Shown piece by piece: positions 19,589-28,398 of a stretch of DNA of 64,000 nt. The position numbers were made by a program, and so were the translations under genes. The stretch comes from an uncultured Nitrososphaerota archaeon (lineage in GTDB: Archaea > Thermoproteota > Nitrososphaeria > Nitrososphaerales > Gagatemarchaeaceae): contig CAWISW010000003.1 of NCBI GenBank assembly GCA_963838925.1, positions 256,001-320,000 on the forward strand, read 5' to 3'. Numbering within the stretch: the stretch's first letter is position 1; the number at the start of each line of letters is the position of its first letter. Below the pieces are notes generated by a model that saw only the letters and a list, made by a program, of their open reading frames with translations, did not search any database and was not told the origin of the DNA.

Positions 19589-20629
19589 CTACCTTGGTTT
19601 CCTCGGAATCTGACCCACTGTCAGTTCAATCCATTTTGGCCTGTGTAAAAAGTCCTTCATCTCCCTTCCCTCCAAGAGCCCCACCAAGGCGTCGGCCTGC
19701 GGAATCGACAGGACGGGCTTGTTGAACGTGAATCCGTCGATGGATATCCTCGGGCAGGCAGTCTGGACGAAGGCGTCGATATGCATGTACTGCGCCAGCC
19801 TGTCGGGCGTGATGTCGCGCATCGCCAGCTGGACGACCTTCTTCCCGTTGGCCTGGAGCCTGTTGCTTATCCACTTCGAGCGTCCGACCATCATCTGACC
19901 CTCCTTCAGCCCCGTGATCACGCCGAAGACCCTCGCGTCAAGCGCCTTGTAGACGCCGAGTATCGCCCTCTTCTGCCTCTCCTCTGCCTCCTCCTTCATG
20001 TCGCGCATCTCTTCGAGGTAAGGGTCGAGGAGGAAGGTGGGTTTCCCTGTGGCCAGCGCGACGCCCACGGCGTGGAACTCGCTCTGCCCGAGATAGCAGA
20101 AAGCGTCGACCTTCTCTGTGTTGTCGAACACCGTCGAAAAGTCGCACCCGAAGGTCTGGCTGCCGAGTAGGAGGCTGTTCTTCCGGCCGAGGTAGACCTC
20201 GAAGCCCGCGACCTCGAGCTGCTTCTTCACGGCCTCAAGCTCGTCTAGGTGCTGCGCCATCGTGGCGAGCCCAATCCGCTTGTATTTCGAGAGCATGGGA
20301 ATCGACCTTTGGACGACGACGTCGAACTTGACGTCGTCCTTCGCATCGACAAGGTAGGTGTAATCTCCCACTTCCTGGACCGTCGCGTTGTGCCCTATGT
20401 GGAGCGCGAGGCTGGCGCCCAGCTTCTCCACCTCCTTGTCCACGGTGTCACATATCCCGAAGCACGTGTCGCCCACGAGCACGCACTGGACTCCGTACTT
20501 CTTCTCCACGACCTGCATCAAATCCATGGTCTGTCTGAGAAGGCCACCGGGTGCGTTAAGAATCACCCTGGCAGGCTGCTTTTCTTCTATGAGGTTGAAG
20601 ACCCGCTTAGTGTCGATCCTTACTGTCAA
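19589..20629 (-). CDS. dph2: Diphthamide biosynthesis protein Dph2
   Basis: CFGICD, HIGH, GCDF, GLKEGQ, TACPRI. Confidence 0.92.
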   Translation of the reverse strand: MTVRIDTKRVFNLIEEKQPARVILNAPGGLLRQTMDLMQVVEKKYGVQCVLVGDTCFGICDTVDKEVEKLGASLALHIGHNATVQEVGDYTYLVDAKDDVKFDVVVQRSIPMLSKYKRIGLATMAQHLDELEAVKKQLEVAGFEVYLGRKNSLLLGSQTFGCDFSTVFDNTEKVDAFCYLGQSEFHAVGVALATGKPTFLLDPYLEEMRDMKEEAEERQKRAILGVYKALDARVFGVITGLKEGQMMVGRSKWISNRLQANGKKVVQLAMRDITPDRLAQYMHIDAFVQTACPRISIDGFTFNKPVLSIPQADALVGLLEGREMKDFLHRPKWIELTVGQIPRKPR

Positions 20630-21144
20630 GCAACCGCTTCAGCTTCCATCTTCTTCTCTAGCGGGGTTACCACTATTTTGTACTTGAACGGCAGCTTCGT
20701 GGTCGCCGCTTTCAGCGCTGCCTTCGCCTTCTCGAGGTTCTCAGCCTTGATCTGGATGTCCAGGATGACGCTGCCGATGTGCACCAGCGCAGCCACGCCT
20801 ATGGGCTTGCCGAAGGCCTTGCGCATCCCCTCTTGGAGCCTGTCTGCGCCGGCCGTGGCGATCATCTTGTTCTCCCTCATCACGACGAAAGGATACGTGA
20901 CCACCCGAAGGTAGAAGGCCTCCTCGCCGACGCTGGCCAGCTTCTTGCTCGCGGCTACCCTCGCTGCCTCGAGCGCGTTGCTCCTTATCTGGAGCCGATT
21001 CAAGGAGACTAGCTCAAGCTTGAAGTCGTAATCATTCCTGAACTTGCCCGTGACAAACCTCGCGACCTTTGGGTTGGGAGTGCCGGGCGCGTACTTCTTG
21101 TTGTAGAACATAGACTTCGCCTGGCGGTAGTTGGACCCGTGTAT
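20626..21144 (-). CDS. rpl10e: 50S ribosomal protein L16/L10e (probable ATA start at 21144)
   Basis: LEAARVA, RENKM...AGADRLQEGMRKAFGKP; the in-frame N-terminal extension (I/M)HGSNYRQ lies upstream of the track ATG. Confidence 0.93.
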   Translation of the reverse strand: MHGSNYRQAKSMFYNKKYAPGTPNPKVARFVTGKFRNDYDFKLELVSLNRLQIRSNALEAARVAASKKLASVGEEAFYLRVVTYPFVVMRENKMIATAGADRLQEGMRKAFGKPIGVAALVHIGSVILDIQIKAENLEKAKAALKAATTKLPFKYKIVVTPLEKKMEAEAVA

Positions 21145-21184
21145 GGCTCTCTCCCTCGATTTACGCGACCTAAAACACTCCTAA

Positions 21185-21958
21185 TTAAGCTTCAAGCCTC
21201 CTCCGTAACGGGAATTCATCCCGAGGCCAGATGTCGATTGGCCTGAAGCAGCCATTGCGGTATCCGGTAGGAGAAAAGAACGCCAAGGCCTTTTCAACTT
21301 CTCTCGACTTTTCACCAAACAGGAAAGGCTGGATCTCTCTCAATACTCGGAGCGCCCTGAGGCCAGTTACGGCCTTCAACCACTTCGGCTTATAATTCGG
21401 GTTCGCGGTTTGTGCTGGTTTGGGCTTTGACGGTCTCGCCAGACCAACGACATCGGAGAACTGGAAAACAGGAGCTGGGTCTGTCATCGAGATTGATAGC
21501 TGGATTGCCGTGGAATCCACTTCCTTGGCGTAATGGCTTTGCGTGCAGCCCTCTCCCTGAGCTAATCCTCCCACCCAACTTCTATCCTCTAGTGCGGCGA
21601 TAACTAGCGCGGGTATGTCCGCGCGCTCTGAAAAGTCAGTCTTTGGCTGGCTTGACCAACCAGACATGTGGCCGCTCACTCGCATTGCCCTCGCAACAAC
21701 GGTTGGCGAGGATGGCGAACCACGGCGCTTGGTTCTCAGCGGAAATTCACTCCGAGGCCAAATGTCACCATTACGATAACATCCACGATGGTTGCCATAA
21801 GGACTGAAGAAATCCAAGGCCTTTTCTGCCTCCTTCCTCTTCTCTCCTAGAAGGAATGGAGTAATCTCCGTCAACACTCGCAGAGCCCTTAGACCATGAA
21901 CGTTTTTTCGCCATTGGGGGCTCCAGTCATGGTTTCTGATTGTGGTTGACGGCGGAGG
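21185..21958 (-). pseudogene. 5'-truncated tandem-repeat LAGLIDADG homing-endonuclease-like gene
   Basis: WVGGLAQGEG LAGLIDADG helix; W.K.V.GLRALRVL.EI.PFL.GEK...A..FFSP.G...GC.R..DIWPR.EFPLR occurs twice; first copy lacks its N-terminus (stop at 21959-61). Confidence 0.65.
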
Positions 21959-22306
21959 TTACATGGATGCCTACACTTCTTCTTATTCGGGGGGCGACTA
22001 CTACGCGAAAGCCTCAATCTATGTAGACGCGAGCAGCACGTGGTATACCCTACCGAGAACATGGGAACCACCGCCTATGAAGGCGTCATCTCAATAGCAT
22101 TGGAGAATGCCTATTTCGCTTCCGGCACTTGCAACGCTGTTGCTAACTACACCACTTCCAGCGGAGCAAACTACGCCACCAGCGTTGGGACAGATCCTTA
22201 TGGGAACAAGAACTGGTTTAGCTGTTCCAGCGGGTTTGGCGACAGTCCTTATAGCTACGTCCAGGGTTCTACGTGTGCTTCGAGCTCGAAGTATTATGGA
22301 AGTTGA
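21948..22306 (+). pseudogene. 5'-truncated, frameshifted fragment of a Ser/Thr/Tyr/Gly-rich secreted protein
   Basis: DGGGYMDAYTSSYSGGDYYAKASIYVDASSTWYT switches frame near 22048 into TENMGTTAYEG...KYYGS*; no signal peptide. Confidence 0.5.
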
Positions 22307-22312
22307 CATGAG

Positions 22313-23050
22313 TTGAGATTCGGCGACAGATATTCTATCGGTATCCTCGCTTCGGTCGCATTGGGTCTAATCTTGGGATTGGGAGGATTCATCGCAGGGA
22401 CGTCAGGACAAGGAACGAATTCGCAAGGCTCTGTCGCGAACAGTGGTACGGCTAACGGTGGAAATATTGGAGCACCCTATAGCCCTCCCACCGCAGTAAC
22501 TCTTACGACGGTTGCGAGCGCTCAGAACATCGTCGGGAGCGGCTTGATCATGCCCAACATAACAAGCATGGGTCCTGGCTGGAGGATACTCGGCGCTGAG
22601 ATTGGCCTCTCTCCCCAGAGCTTGCACACGAACGATACGAGCGCCGCGACATGGAGTCATTGGATAGTGACCATCTACATTTCCAATGAGACCTTTGTCA
22701 ACGGCGTGACACTTGATACCAGCCTCGCAAAGGGGCTGGTGACCGTAGCAGAGTCATCCTACCCGCCCAATCTCACTAGTCACGAAATGGCGACTAATCT
22801 CATGGGGCCAGGCGAAGCATGCAGCGGAAGCGGTGTGCCTGGTAGCCCTAACTATTCGACGTCTTCTTGCTCAACAATTCCGAGCCAGATTCCCTACGTT
22901 ATTGCGCAGATACGAGACACCTACCTGGTAGTGTTGAAGAACCCCGCATACGCCAGCTTCGCAATCGCCGACGAGAACACGAATGTTGTGATATACGGGT
23001 CTCTCAATTACTCGCAGACAATTGCCATCGCGAACGAAATGATTCCATAG
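22313..23050 (+). CDS. Membrane-anchored extracellular hypothetical protein
   Basis: N-terminal TM helix, S/T/N-rich body, several N-x-S/T sequons. Confidence 0.7.
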   Translation: MRFGDRYSIGILASVALGLILGLGGFIAGTSGQGTNSQGSVANSGTANGGNIGAPYSPPTAVTLTTVASAQNIVGSGLIMPNITSMGPGWRILGAEIGLSPQSLHTNDTSAATWSHWIVTIYISNETFVNGVTLDTSLAKGLVTVAESSYPPNLTSHEMATNLMGPGEACSGSGVPGSPNYSTSSCSTIPSQIPYVIAQIRDTYLVVLKNPAYASFAIADENTNVVIYGSLNYSQTIAIANEMIP

Positions 23051-23195
23051 ACACGATTCTCGTGCCGTCGTAAGAGAGATCCTGACTTTCAAATATCAAG
23101 GCCCCTACATGTACGACTTGGACTGCGGAGGCGCGCAACAAACCCCCGAAACGCCGCCAACCCTTAATTAGCTTCAAACCTCGAAAATTTCGTCT

Positions 23196-24386
23196 TTGCC
23201 GTTCCTCGTCCCGCCTGAGAGCATCGACTCGGAATCGTTCATCCTTGTGCTGGCCTTCGGGGCCCCCTCGCTCCTCGAGGCGCAGTGCGTGCTGGGGGAC
23301 AGCGCCAAGGTATCCCTGCAGTGCGAGGACATAGCGGTCGCCGACCTGAAGGGCGGCCGGTTCAAGTGGTACACCGAGCTGGCGGGAGTGCACAAGATCG
23401 CCCTCCCCCTCCCTCCCATCGACTCTCCTGACTTCGCGGAGACCATCACCTTTCCAGAGAGGAACTTCAACTTCTCGCTGAGCCTCTACTGCATGCCCCG
23501 CGACCAAGAGGCCGTATACGAGGATCTCTCCGAGGAGCTACTCTCCACCATACGCGAATTCGGCCACAAGAAGGCCAACCTCATCCGCTCGCGCGCCGGG
23601 CCCGAGCTGTATTCCGAGCGCGTGGTGTCGAGGTCGGCAATGGACTTCGTCGTCTTCCCGATAGGCGCGATGCCCCAGTGGGGGGTCACGGTCTACGTCC
23701 CCGAGACCGAGGGGTTCAAGGAGAGGTCGACGGAGAGGCCGTACGTCACCTCCGGGATCTCGCTCTCCTCCCGCTTGGCGCGCCTGCTCGTCAACATCTC
23801 GGGAGTCTCCAAGGGCCAGGTGCTGCTCGACCCGTTCTGCGGCTCCGGGACCATCTTGGGCGAAGCGCTGCTGAAGGGCGCCGACTGCATAGGGATCGAC
23901 AGGAACCACGGCAGCGTCGAGCGGACGAAGGACAACCTCGCTTGGTTTCTCTCGCAGAGCCAGCGCGGAGGCAAGCGCGCCCCTTCGTACTCCGTGATGG
24001 TGGGCGACGCGACCAACCTCAGAAGGTCGCTCGGAGATCAGATGGTCGACGCGATCGTCTCGGAGCCCATCCTCATGCCGAGGCTCTCGTCTCCGCCAAA
24101 CCTCGAGAAGGCGAGGCGCCTCATCAAGCACGCATCCTTCATCTATTCCGAAGCCCTGTACGAGATGAGCGGAGTGCTGAAGAGCGGCGGGAGGATGGTC
24201 CTTGTCACCCCTTCCCTCAGGACCATCGAAGGCAAGGACGTGACGCTGTCGTTTGACGACCTCAAGGAAGTCGGGCTGAGGCCGTTCCAGCCGCCCAGCT
24301 CCTACCCGTACGAGTACCCCCTCAGGGTCTCGCACCAGAGCACACGATTCCTCAGGAGGATGGTGTACGTCCTCGAAAAAGTCTAG
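23196..24386 (+). CDS. SAM-dependent RNA methyltransferase, Trm11/TrmG10-like
   Basis: LARLLVN, LLDPFCGSGT, GDAT, DAIVSEP. Confidence 0.75.
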   Translation: MPFLVPPESIDSESFILVLAFGAPSLLEAQCVLGDSAKVSLQCEDIAVADLKGGRFKWYTELAGVHKIALPLPPIDSPDFAETITFPERNFNFSLSLYCMPRDQEAVYEDLSEELLSTIREFGHKKANLIRSRAGPELYSERVVSRSAMDFVVFPIGAMPQWGVTVYVPETEGFKERSTERPYVTSGISLSSRLARLLVNISGVSKGQVLLDPFCGSGTILGEALLKGADCIGIDRNHGSVERTKDNLAWFLSQSQRGGKRAPSYSVMVGDATNLRRSLGDQMVDAIVSEPILMPRLSSPPNLEKARRLIKHASFIYSEALYEMSGVLKSGGRMVLVTPSLRTIEGKDVTLSFDDLKEVGLRPFQPPSSYPYEYPLRVSHQSTRFLRRMVYVLEKV

Positions 24387-25117
24387 CCGTCGTCCTTTTC
24401 GATTGCGACCTCGGCCTTCCTCATCAGCGAGACGAGCAGGCCGAGCTCCTCGGCGCTCACGTCCGACTTGAGCGCCACCCTCCGCGCGACCTGGACGATT
24501 CTCTCGGCCCTGTGCTCTTGCATGCCTGACGCGATCGCGAGCTCGTAGGCGTACTTCGAGAAGGCCTCCCGCCTTTCCCTGGACGCACGCGTGACCGAGG
24601 GCGAGCTTTGCGCTCTCTCTCCCGCCAAAGTCCTTGAGGCCAAGTAGAGGAGTATCGCGACCGAGTGGCTGACGTTCAGCGTCCTGTAGCCGGTCCTGGT
24701 CTCGACCGAGGTGACCAGGTCGCACACCGCCAACTCCTCGTTTGTAAGCCCAGTCGTGTCCCTGCCAAACACGATCGACGCAGAGTCTGCGGCGACCGCG
24801 CGCGCGACCGCATCCTCCGGCCTGACCGTCGTCCTGCTCACGTTGGCGCGCCTACTCGCCCTAATTGCCGTCGTCGCGAGCAGAAGGTCGTGCGACTTCC
24901 TCACCTTCTGGAGGGTGACGACCTCGGCCCCGTCGAGCACGTCAGACCCGTGCGACGCGTAGACGGACGCGGCCCGCATGTCGCACTTGGGGTCCACGAG
25001 ATACAGCCTTTCGACGCCGAAGTTCTTCATCAACCGCGCCGTATACCCGAGGTTGACGGGGTACTCCGCTCCCACCACCGTCACGCTCAGAATCTCGCAG
25101 AGGCCTCTCAAGCCCAA
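24383..25117 (-). CDS. SPOUT tRNA methyltransferase, TrmJ-like
   Basis: NLGYTARLMKNFG, VFGRDTTGLTNEEL, LNVSHSVAI. Confidence 0.85.
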   Translation of the reverse strand: MGLRGLCEILSVTVVGAEYPVNLGYTARLMKNFGVERLYLVDPKCDMRAASVYASHGSDVLDGAEVVTLQKVRKSHDLLLATTAIRASRRANVSRTTVRPEDAVARAVAADSASIVFGRDTTGLTNEELAVCDLVTSVETRTGYRTLNVSHSVAILLYLASRTLAGERAQSSPSVTRASRERREAFSKYAYELAIASGMQEHRAERIVQVARRVALKSDVSAEELGLLVSLMRKAEVAIEKDDG

Positions 25118-25124
25118 CCAGCCT

Positions 25125-25934
25125 TCAAGCTTGACCGTCTCGCCTTTCGACCCCTCGCGCGAGCACCGCCACCATCGCGAGGACGGAGTCGGGGCGAAGC
25201 GAGTTCACCCTGCACTGGAGCAGGGCGTTTTCGCCTGGGACGGAAGCGGAAGTGGGCGCCGGCAGGCCTAGGCTCTTTAGAGCGGCCCTCACGGTGCGCC
25301 TCTTCTGCGAGAATATCCTCTTGATCATCGCGATCTGTTCTGGGCCGAGGGTCCTCCTCCACCTCATTGTGACAATGCAGGAGTTCACGCGGGGCGGCGG
25401 GTCGAACGAGCTCCTACCGACGTCGGAGACTATCTCGACATGCGCTGATGCCTGGGAGATCACGGATACCGCCCTGTAGGCTGGATTGCCTGGCGCCGCG
25501 GTGATCTTGTCCGCGAAGTCCCGCTGGAGCAGCACTACGGCCCTGTCGTACCTCCTTCGCGAGAGCCACTCGACGAAGTGGCTCGACTCGGAGTAGGGGA
25601 GGCTCGAGAGCAGCACGTCGAACACCGGGGATGACTTGAAGGCGTCCTCGTTCCGGAGGACCAGAGACGATCCCGTCAGGTCCATCCTGAGCCTCTCGTA
25701 GCTCTCCCTGTCTATCTCGTAGCCCTCGACGTGGGCCGCCAACCTGACCAGCTCCTTCGTCAGGGCCCCCCCTCCCGTCCCTATCTCGAGCACCCTCTCG
25801 CCGCGCTTGACGCCCGCCAGCCTGAGCATTGAGCTGACGACGGACGGGTCGTTGAGGTAGTGCTGCCCAAGCGAGCGCCGCCGCGCCTTGGCGCGCCGGT
25901 CACTTCTTGACGAAGATGTTGACCCTTGAGGCAC
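25125..25934 (-). CDS. rsmA: 16S rRNA dimethyladenosine transferase KsgA/Dim1 (start uncertain)
   Basis: LGQHYL, LEIGTGGGALT, SSLPY, F.PPPRVNS. Confidence 0.88.
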   Translation of the reverse strand: MPQGSTSSSRSDRRAKARRRSLGQHYLNDPSVVSSMLRLAGVKRGERVLEIGTGGGALTKELVRLAAHVEGYEIDRESYERLRMDLTGSSLVLRNEDAFKSSPVFDVLLSSLPYSESSHFVEWLSRRRYDRAVVLLQRDFADKITAAPGNPAYRAVSVISQASAHVEIVSDVGRSSFDPPPRVNSCIVTMRWRRTLGPEQIAMIKRIFSQKRRTVRAALKSLGLPAPTSASVPGENALLQCRVNSLRPDSVLAMVAVLARGVERRDGQA

Positions 25935-26457
25935 CTGACAACTCTTCCGCAATCCGCTTTGCGACCAGCTTCGAAGGCTCGCGCAGGCCCACGCGGGCCT
26001 GGACGTCGTCGAACGAGGTGAACGGCTGCTTCTCCCTCATCTCCAGGATGGCCTTCATGAACGTCTTCCCAATCCCCGGAATCAGCTCCAGCCCGTGCAG
26101 GCGGGGCGTGAGTGGCTGCAACTCGTTGAAGTAGGCGACGTACCTGGCTTCGTTGCCCTTCACGATGATTTCGCATACGCCCAGCAACTGGGCCTTTGCC
26201 TCGGTGGTCAGATCCTCGTACGCGAGCTTCCCGAACACGCTGAGGATCTTGGCCCGCCCCTCCCTCCCTATCCTGAGCTTCTCTGCTGTCTCGAAGTCCT
26301 GGTTCTCCTCCGCCAGCAGCTCGAGCAGGGTGAGCCTCTCCTCCCCCAGCGCCTGAACGATTGGGCCCTCCCTGCCCTTGATTATCGAGGACTTACCTCT
26401 CGGGACGAAGTCAAGCACGTACGCAAATTCCTCATACCTCTTCTCCGGTGGAAGCAT
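25900..26457 (-). CDS. DUF655 family protein
   Basis: EEFAYVLDF, TLLEL, RLHGLELIPGIGK (HhH); conserved rpoF-DUF655-ksgA order. Confidence 0.9.
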   Translation of the reverse strand: MLPPEKRYEEFAYVLDFVPRGKSSIIKGREGPIVQALGEERLTLLELLAEENQDFETAEKLRIGREGRAKILSVFGKLAYEDLTTEAKAQLLGVCEIIVKGNEARYVAYFNELQPLTPRLHGLELIPGIGKTFMKAILEMREKQPFTSFDDVQARVGLREPSKLVAKRIAEELSGASRVNIFVKK

Positions 26458-26575
26458 TTTTCCGCTATGACACCCCTTTTCAGGTTACACTTCGAGTATT
26501 ACGGAATAAGAAGGAAAAAAGGAGTGAGAGCTAAGCGACATGCGCCCTTCAGGTTCCAAAGGGCTCCCTTGCTAT

Positions 26576-26917
26576 TTAATCTTTGGACTTTAGTATCTTC
26601 AGTATCTTTTCCAGGGTTTCCGTGGGAAGGAGCTTCCTCCACCCTGCCGTGAAGGTCCTGAGCTCCTCGATCGACTTCGGCATGATGTTGACCACCTCTG
26701 TGGCTTCCCCCTCGCTCAGGCCGCAGTCGCTCTCGAGCTGCTTCTTCAGCTTCCTCGCCGCCTCCGGGGTGCTCTTCGCGAACTTTGAAGTGTAATCCAG
26801 CGTCCTCTTCTGGATTTGGTCCGCCTTCTCCACGTCCAGCTTCTCAAGGATTTGGTGGGCTTCGCTGAGCGTGAGCATCTTCTTCTGCGGCGAGGGCGCG
26901 GCGACCTCTGCAGACAT
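26576..26917 (-). CDS. rpoF: RNA polymerase subunit F (Rpo4)
   Basis: TLDY..KF, VNIMPKSIEELR; synteny. Confidence 0.9.
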   Translation of the reverse strand: MSAEVAAPSPQKKMLTLSEAHQILEKLDVEKADQIQKRTLDYTSKFAKSTPEAARKLKKQLESDCGLSEGEATEVVNIMPKSIEELRTFTAGWRKLLPTETLEKILKILKSKD

Positions 26918-26919
26918 CT

Positions 26920-27210
26920 CTACGCCTTCGCCTCCATGAAGGGCACTATGTGCTCTTTTCTCGAGATGACCGTCTTGACCTTGTTTCCGACCATCACGTC
27001 GATTATGACGGCCCTTCGACCGCTCTCCTTGACAACTCCCACGAGCCCGTTGAACCTCCTGTGGGGCATCCCCTTGACTTGGGTGGAGTCAATCTTGATC
27101 ACGACTTTCTGCTCTGGCGCGTACTCAGTCAGTATGTGGCTGAGACCGGTCGACTCCCTCTTCCTCAGGAGGGAGCGGGTCCTGCGCCGATATCCGTGCG
27201 ACCTTGCCAT
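26920..27210 (-). CDS. rpl21e: 50S ribosomal protein L21e
   Basis: SHGYRRRTR, KGMPHRRFNG, EHI. Confidence 0.96.
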   Translation of the reverse strand: MARSHGYRRRTRSLLRKRESTGLSHILTEYAPEQKVVIKIDSTQVKGMPHRRFNGLVGVVKESGRRAVIIDVMVGNKVKTVISRKEHIVPFMEAKA

Positions 27211-27291
27211 AGAAGAACCGTTGCCGCCCCTCCACCCTCATTTAAAAGCTAATCCATGAACTAACCGTTTCCATAAGGTTTCAGCGAAGTT

Positions 27292-28398
27292 TCAACTCTC
27301 GTTGCCGGGTTTCGGCCAGACCCTCAGTATGTCGAACCTCTCGCACCTCAGCGGCATCCCCATGCTCTCGGAGAACGACGGGGAGACAGCCTCGCCCGAG
27401 ACGAGCCTCTTCACGGGGAGGCCCCCGTCCAGCTTGACGTCCGCGGTGATCGTCCTCCCCCGGGCGCTCGCCCTGACCGAATAGATCCTCTTGTCGACCA
27501 GCCTGCCTTTGTTGTTCCTGTATTGCACAAGGGCGCCCTTCATCTCCTTCTGAAGCCTCTTCAGGTCCTCCGCAGCGATTCGGCTGTCTGCTCGTATCAC
27601 CACCCGCGTCATGAAGTTGAAGGCGGGGTGCTCGAACTTCTTGGTGACGGCCCGGATTCCCGAGATCGTCATGCTGCCCCTTCCGGTCCTGAGCCTCAGG
27701 GCCTTCGGGGCGCGCCTCCTACGAGGGTTCTTCGACTCGATGACCAATGGACGGCCCGGGGGGAAGACCAGGCTGTCCGCGTCCTCGCTCCCGAACCACG
27801 TGAACTTGAACTTCCTCGAGCCGAGGATCACCCCGAGCCTCCTGGAGACGGCCCCCTCGACGCTTGGAGCGGCGGAGTAGCCGGTCCCCTTGCACCTCTC
27901 GCACCCCCTGCCGCCGCAGCCCTCGCAGAACAACATCCTCTGCGCGACCCCGCGCGGCTTCGTGTACCTGCCGTAGAGGAAGAGTGGCTTCGAGGAGACA
28001 GCGACACTCTGTGCGCCGATGTCCACGAGGACAGTGGCGTCAGGATGGAGCCGGTCTACCCTCTTGCGTCCTCGCATCCCCTTTACGACCGCCGCAGCGA
28101 GGCGGCCAGAGAGCTCCGACTTTACGGTCTCTCCGCCCCTTATCTTCAGCTCCGACCTCAGCGTGTCTTCCCGCTCTTGCACGCCTTGCGGGAGCATCAG
28201 CCCGATCGAGAACGTCTTGAACTCGAACCCGCCGAGACGGGAGATGACCTTCTGCGTGATCCCGCCCAGGTCGCTCGATATCCCGCCGCAGACGAAGCAC
28301 TTCTCCCCGTCCCCGGCGAGAGGGAGGACGAGCCCCCCCGCACCCTGCCTATCCCTGCAAAACCCACAAACTGGATACTCCGGGGCCTTCTCATCCAC
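27292..28398 (-). CDS. pus10: tRNA pseudouridine synthase Pus10-like
   Basis: N-terminal Zn/THUMP, GRYTK.RG..Q, GSEDAD, GRPLVIE, GGLPVK.LVSG; synteny with SRP54 and L21e. Confidence 0.8.
   Translation of the reverse strand: MDEKAPEYPVCGFCRDRQGAGGLVLPLAGDGEKCFVCGGISSDLGGITQKVISRLGGFEFKTFSIGLMLPQGVQEREDTLRSELKIRGGETVKSELSGRLAAAVVKGMRGRKRVDRLHPDATVLVDIGAQSVAVSSKPLFLYGRYTKPRGVAQRMLFCEGCGGRGCERCKGTGYSAAPSVEGAVSRRLGVILGSRKFKFTWFGSEDADSLVFPPGRPLVIESKNPRRRRAPKALRLRTGRGSMTISGIRAVTKKFEHPAFNFMTRVVIRADSRIAAEDLKRLQKEMKGALVQYRNNKGRLVDKRIYSVRASARGRTITADVKLDGGLPVKRLVSGEAVSPSFSESMGMPLRCERFDILRVWPKPGNES

Noticed and set aside
25860-25952. ksgA start anomaly: the GTG overlapping the DUF655 stop is out of frame
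   Set aside because: In-frame GTG (25934) and TTG (25952) exist upstream, so no frameshift or odd start needs to be invoked
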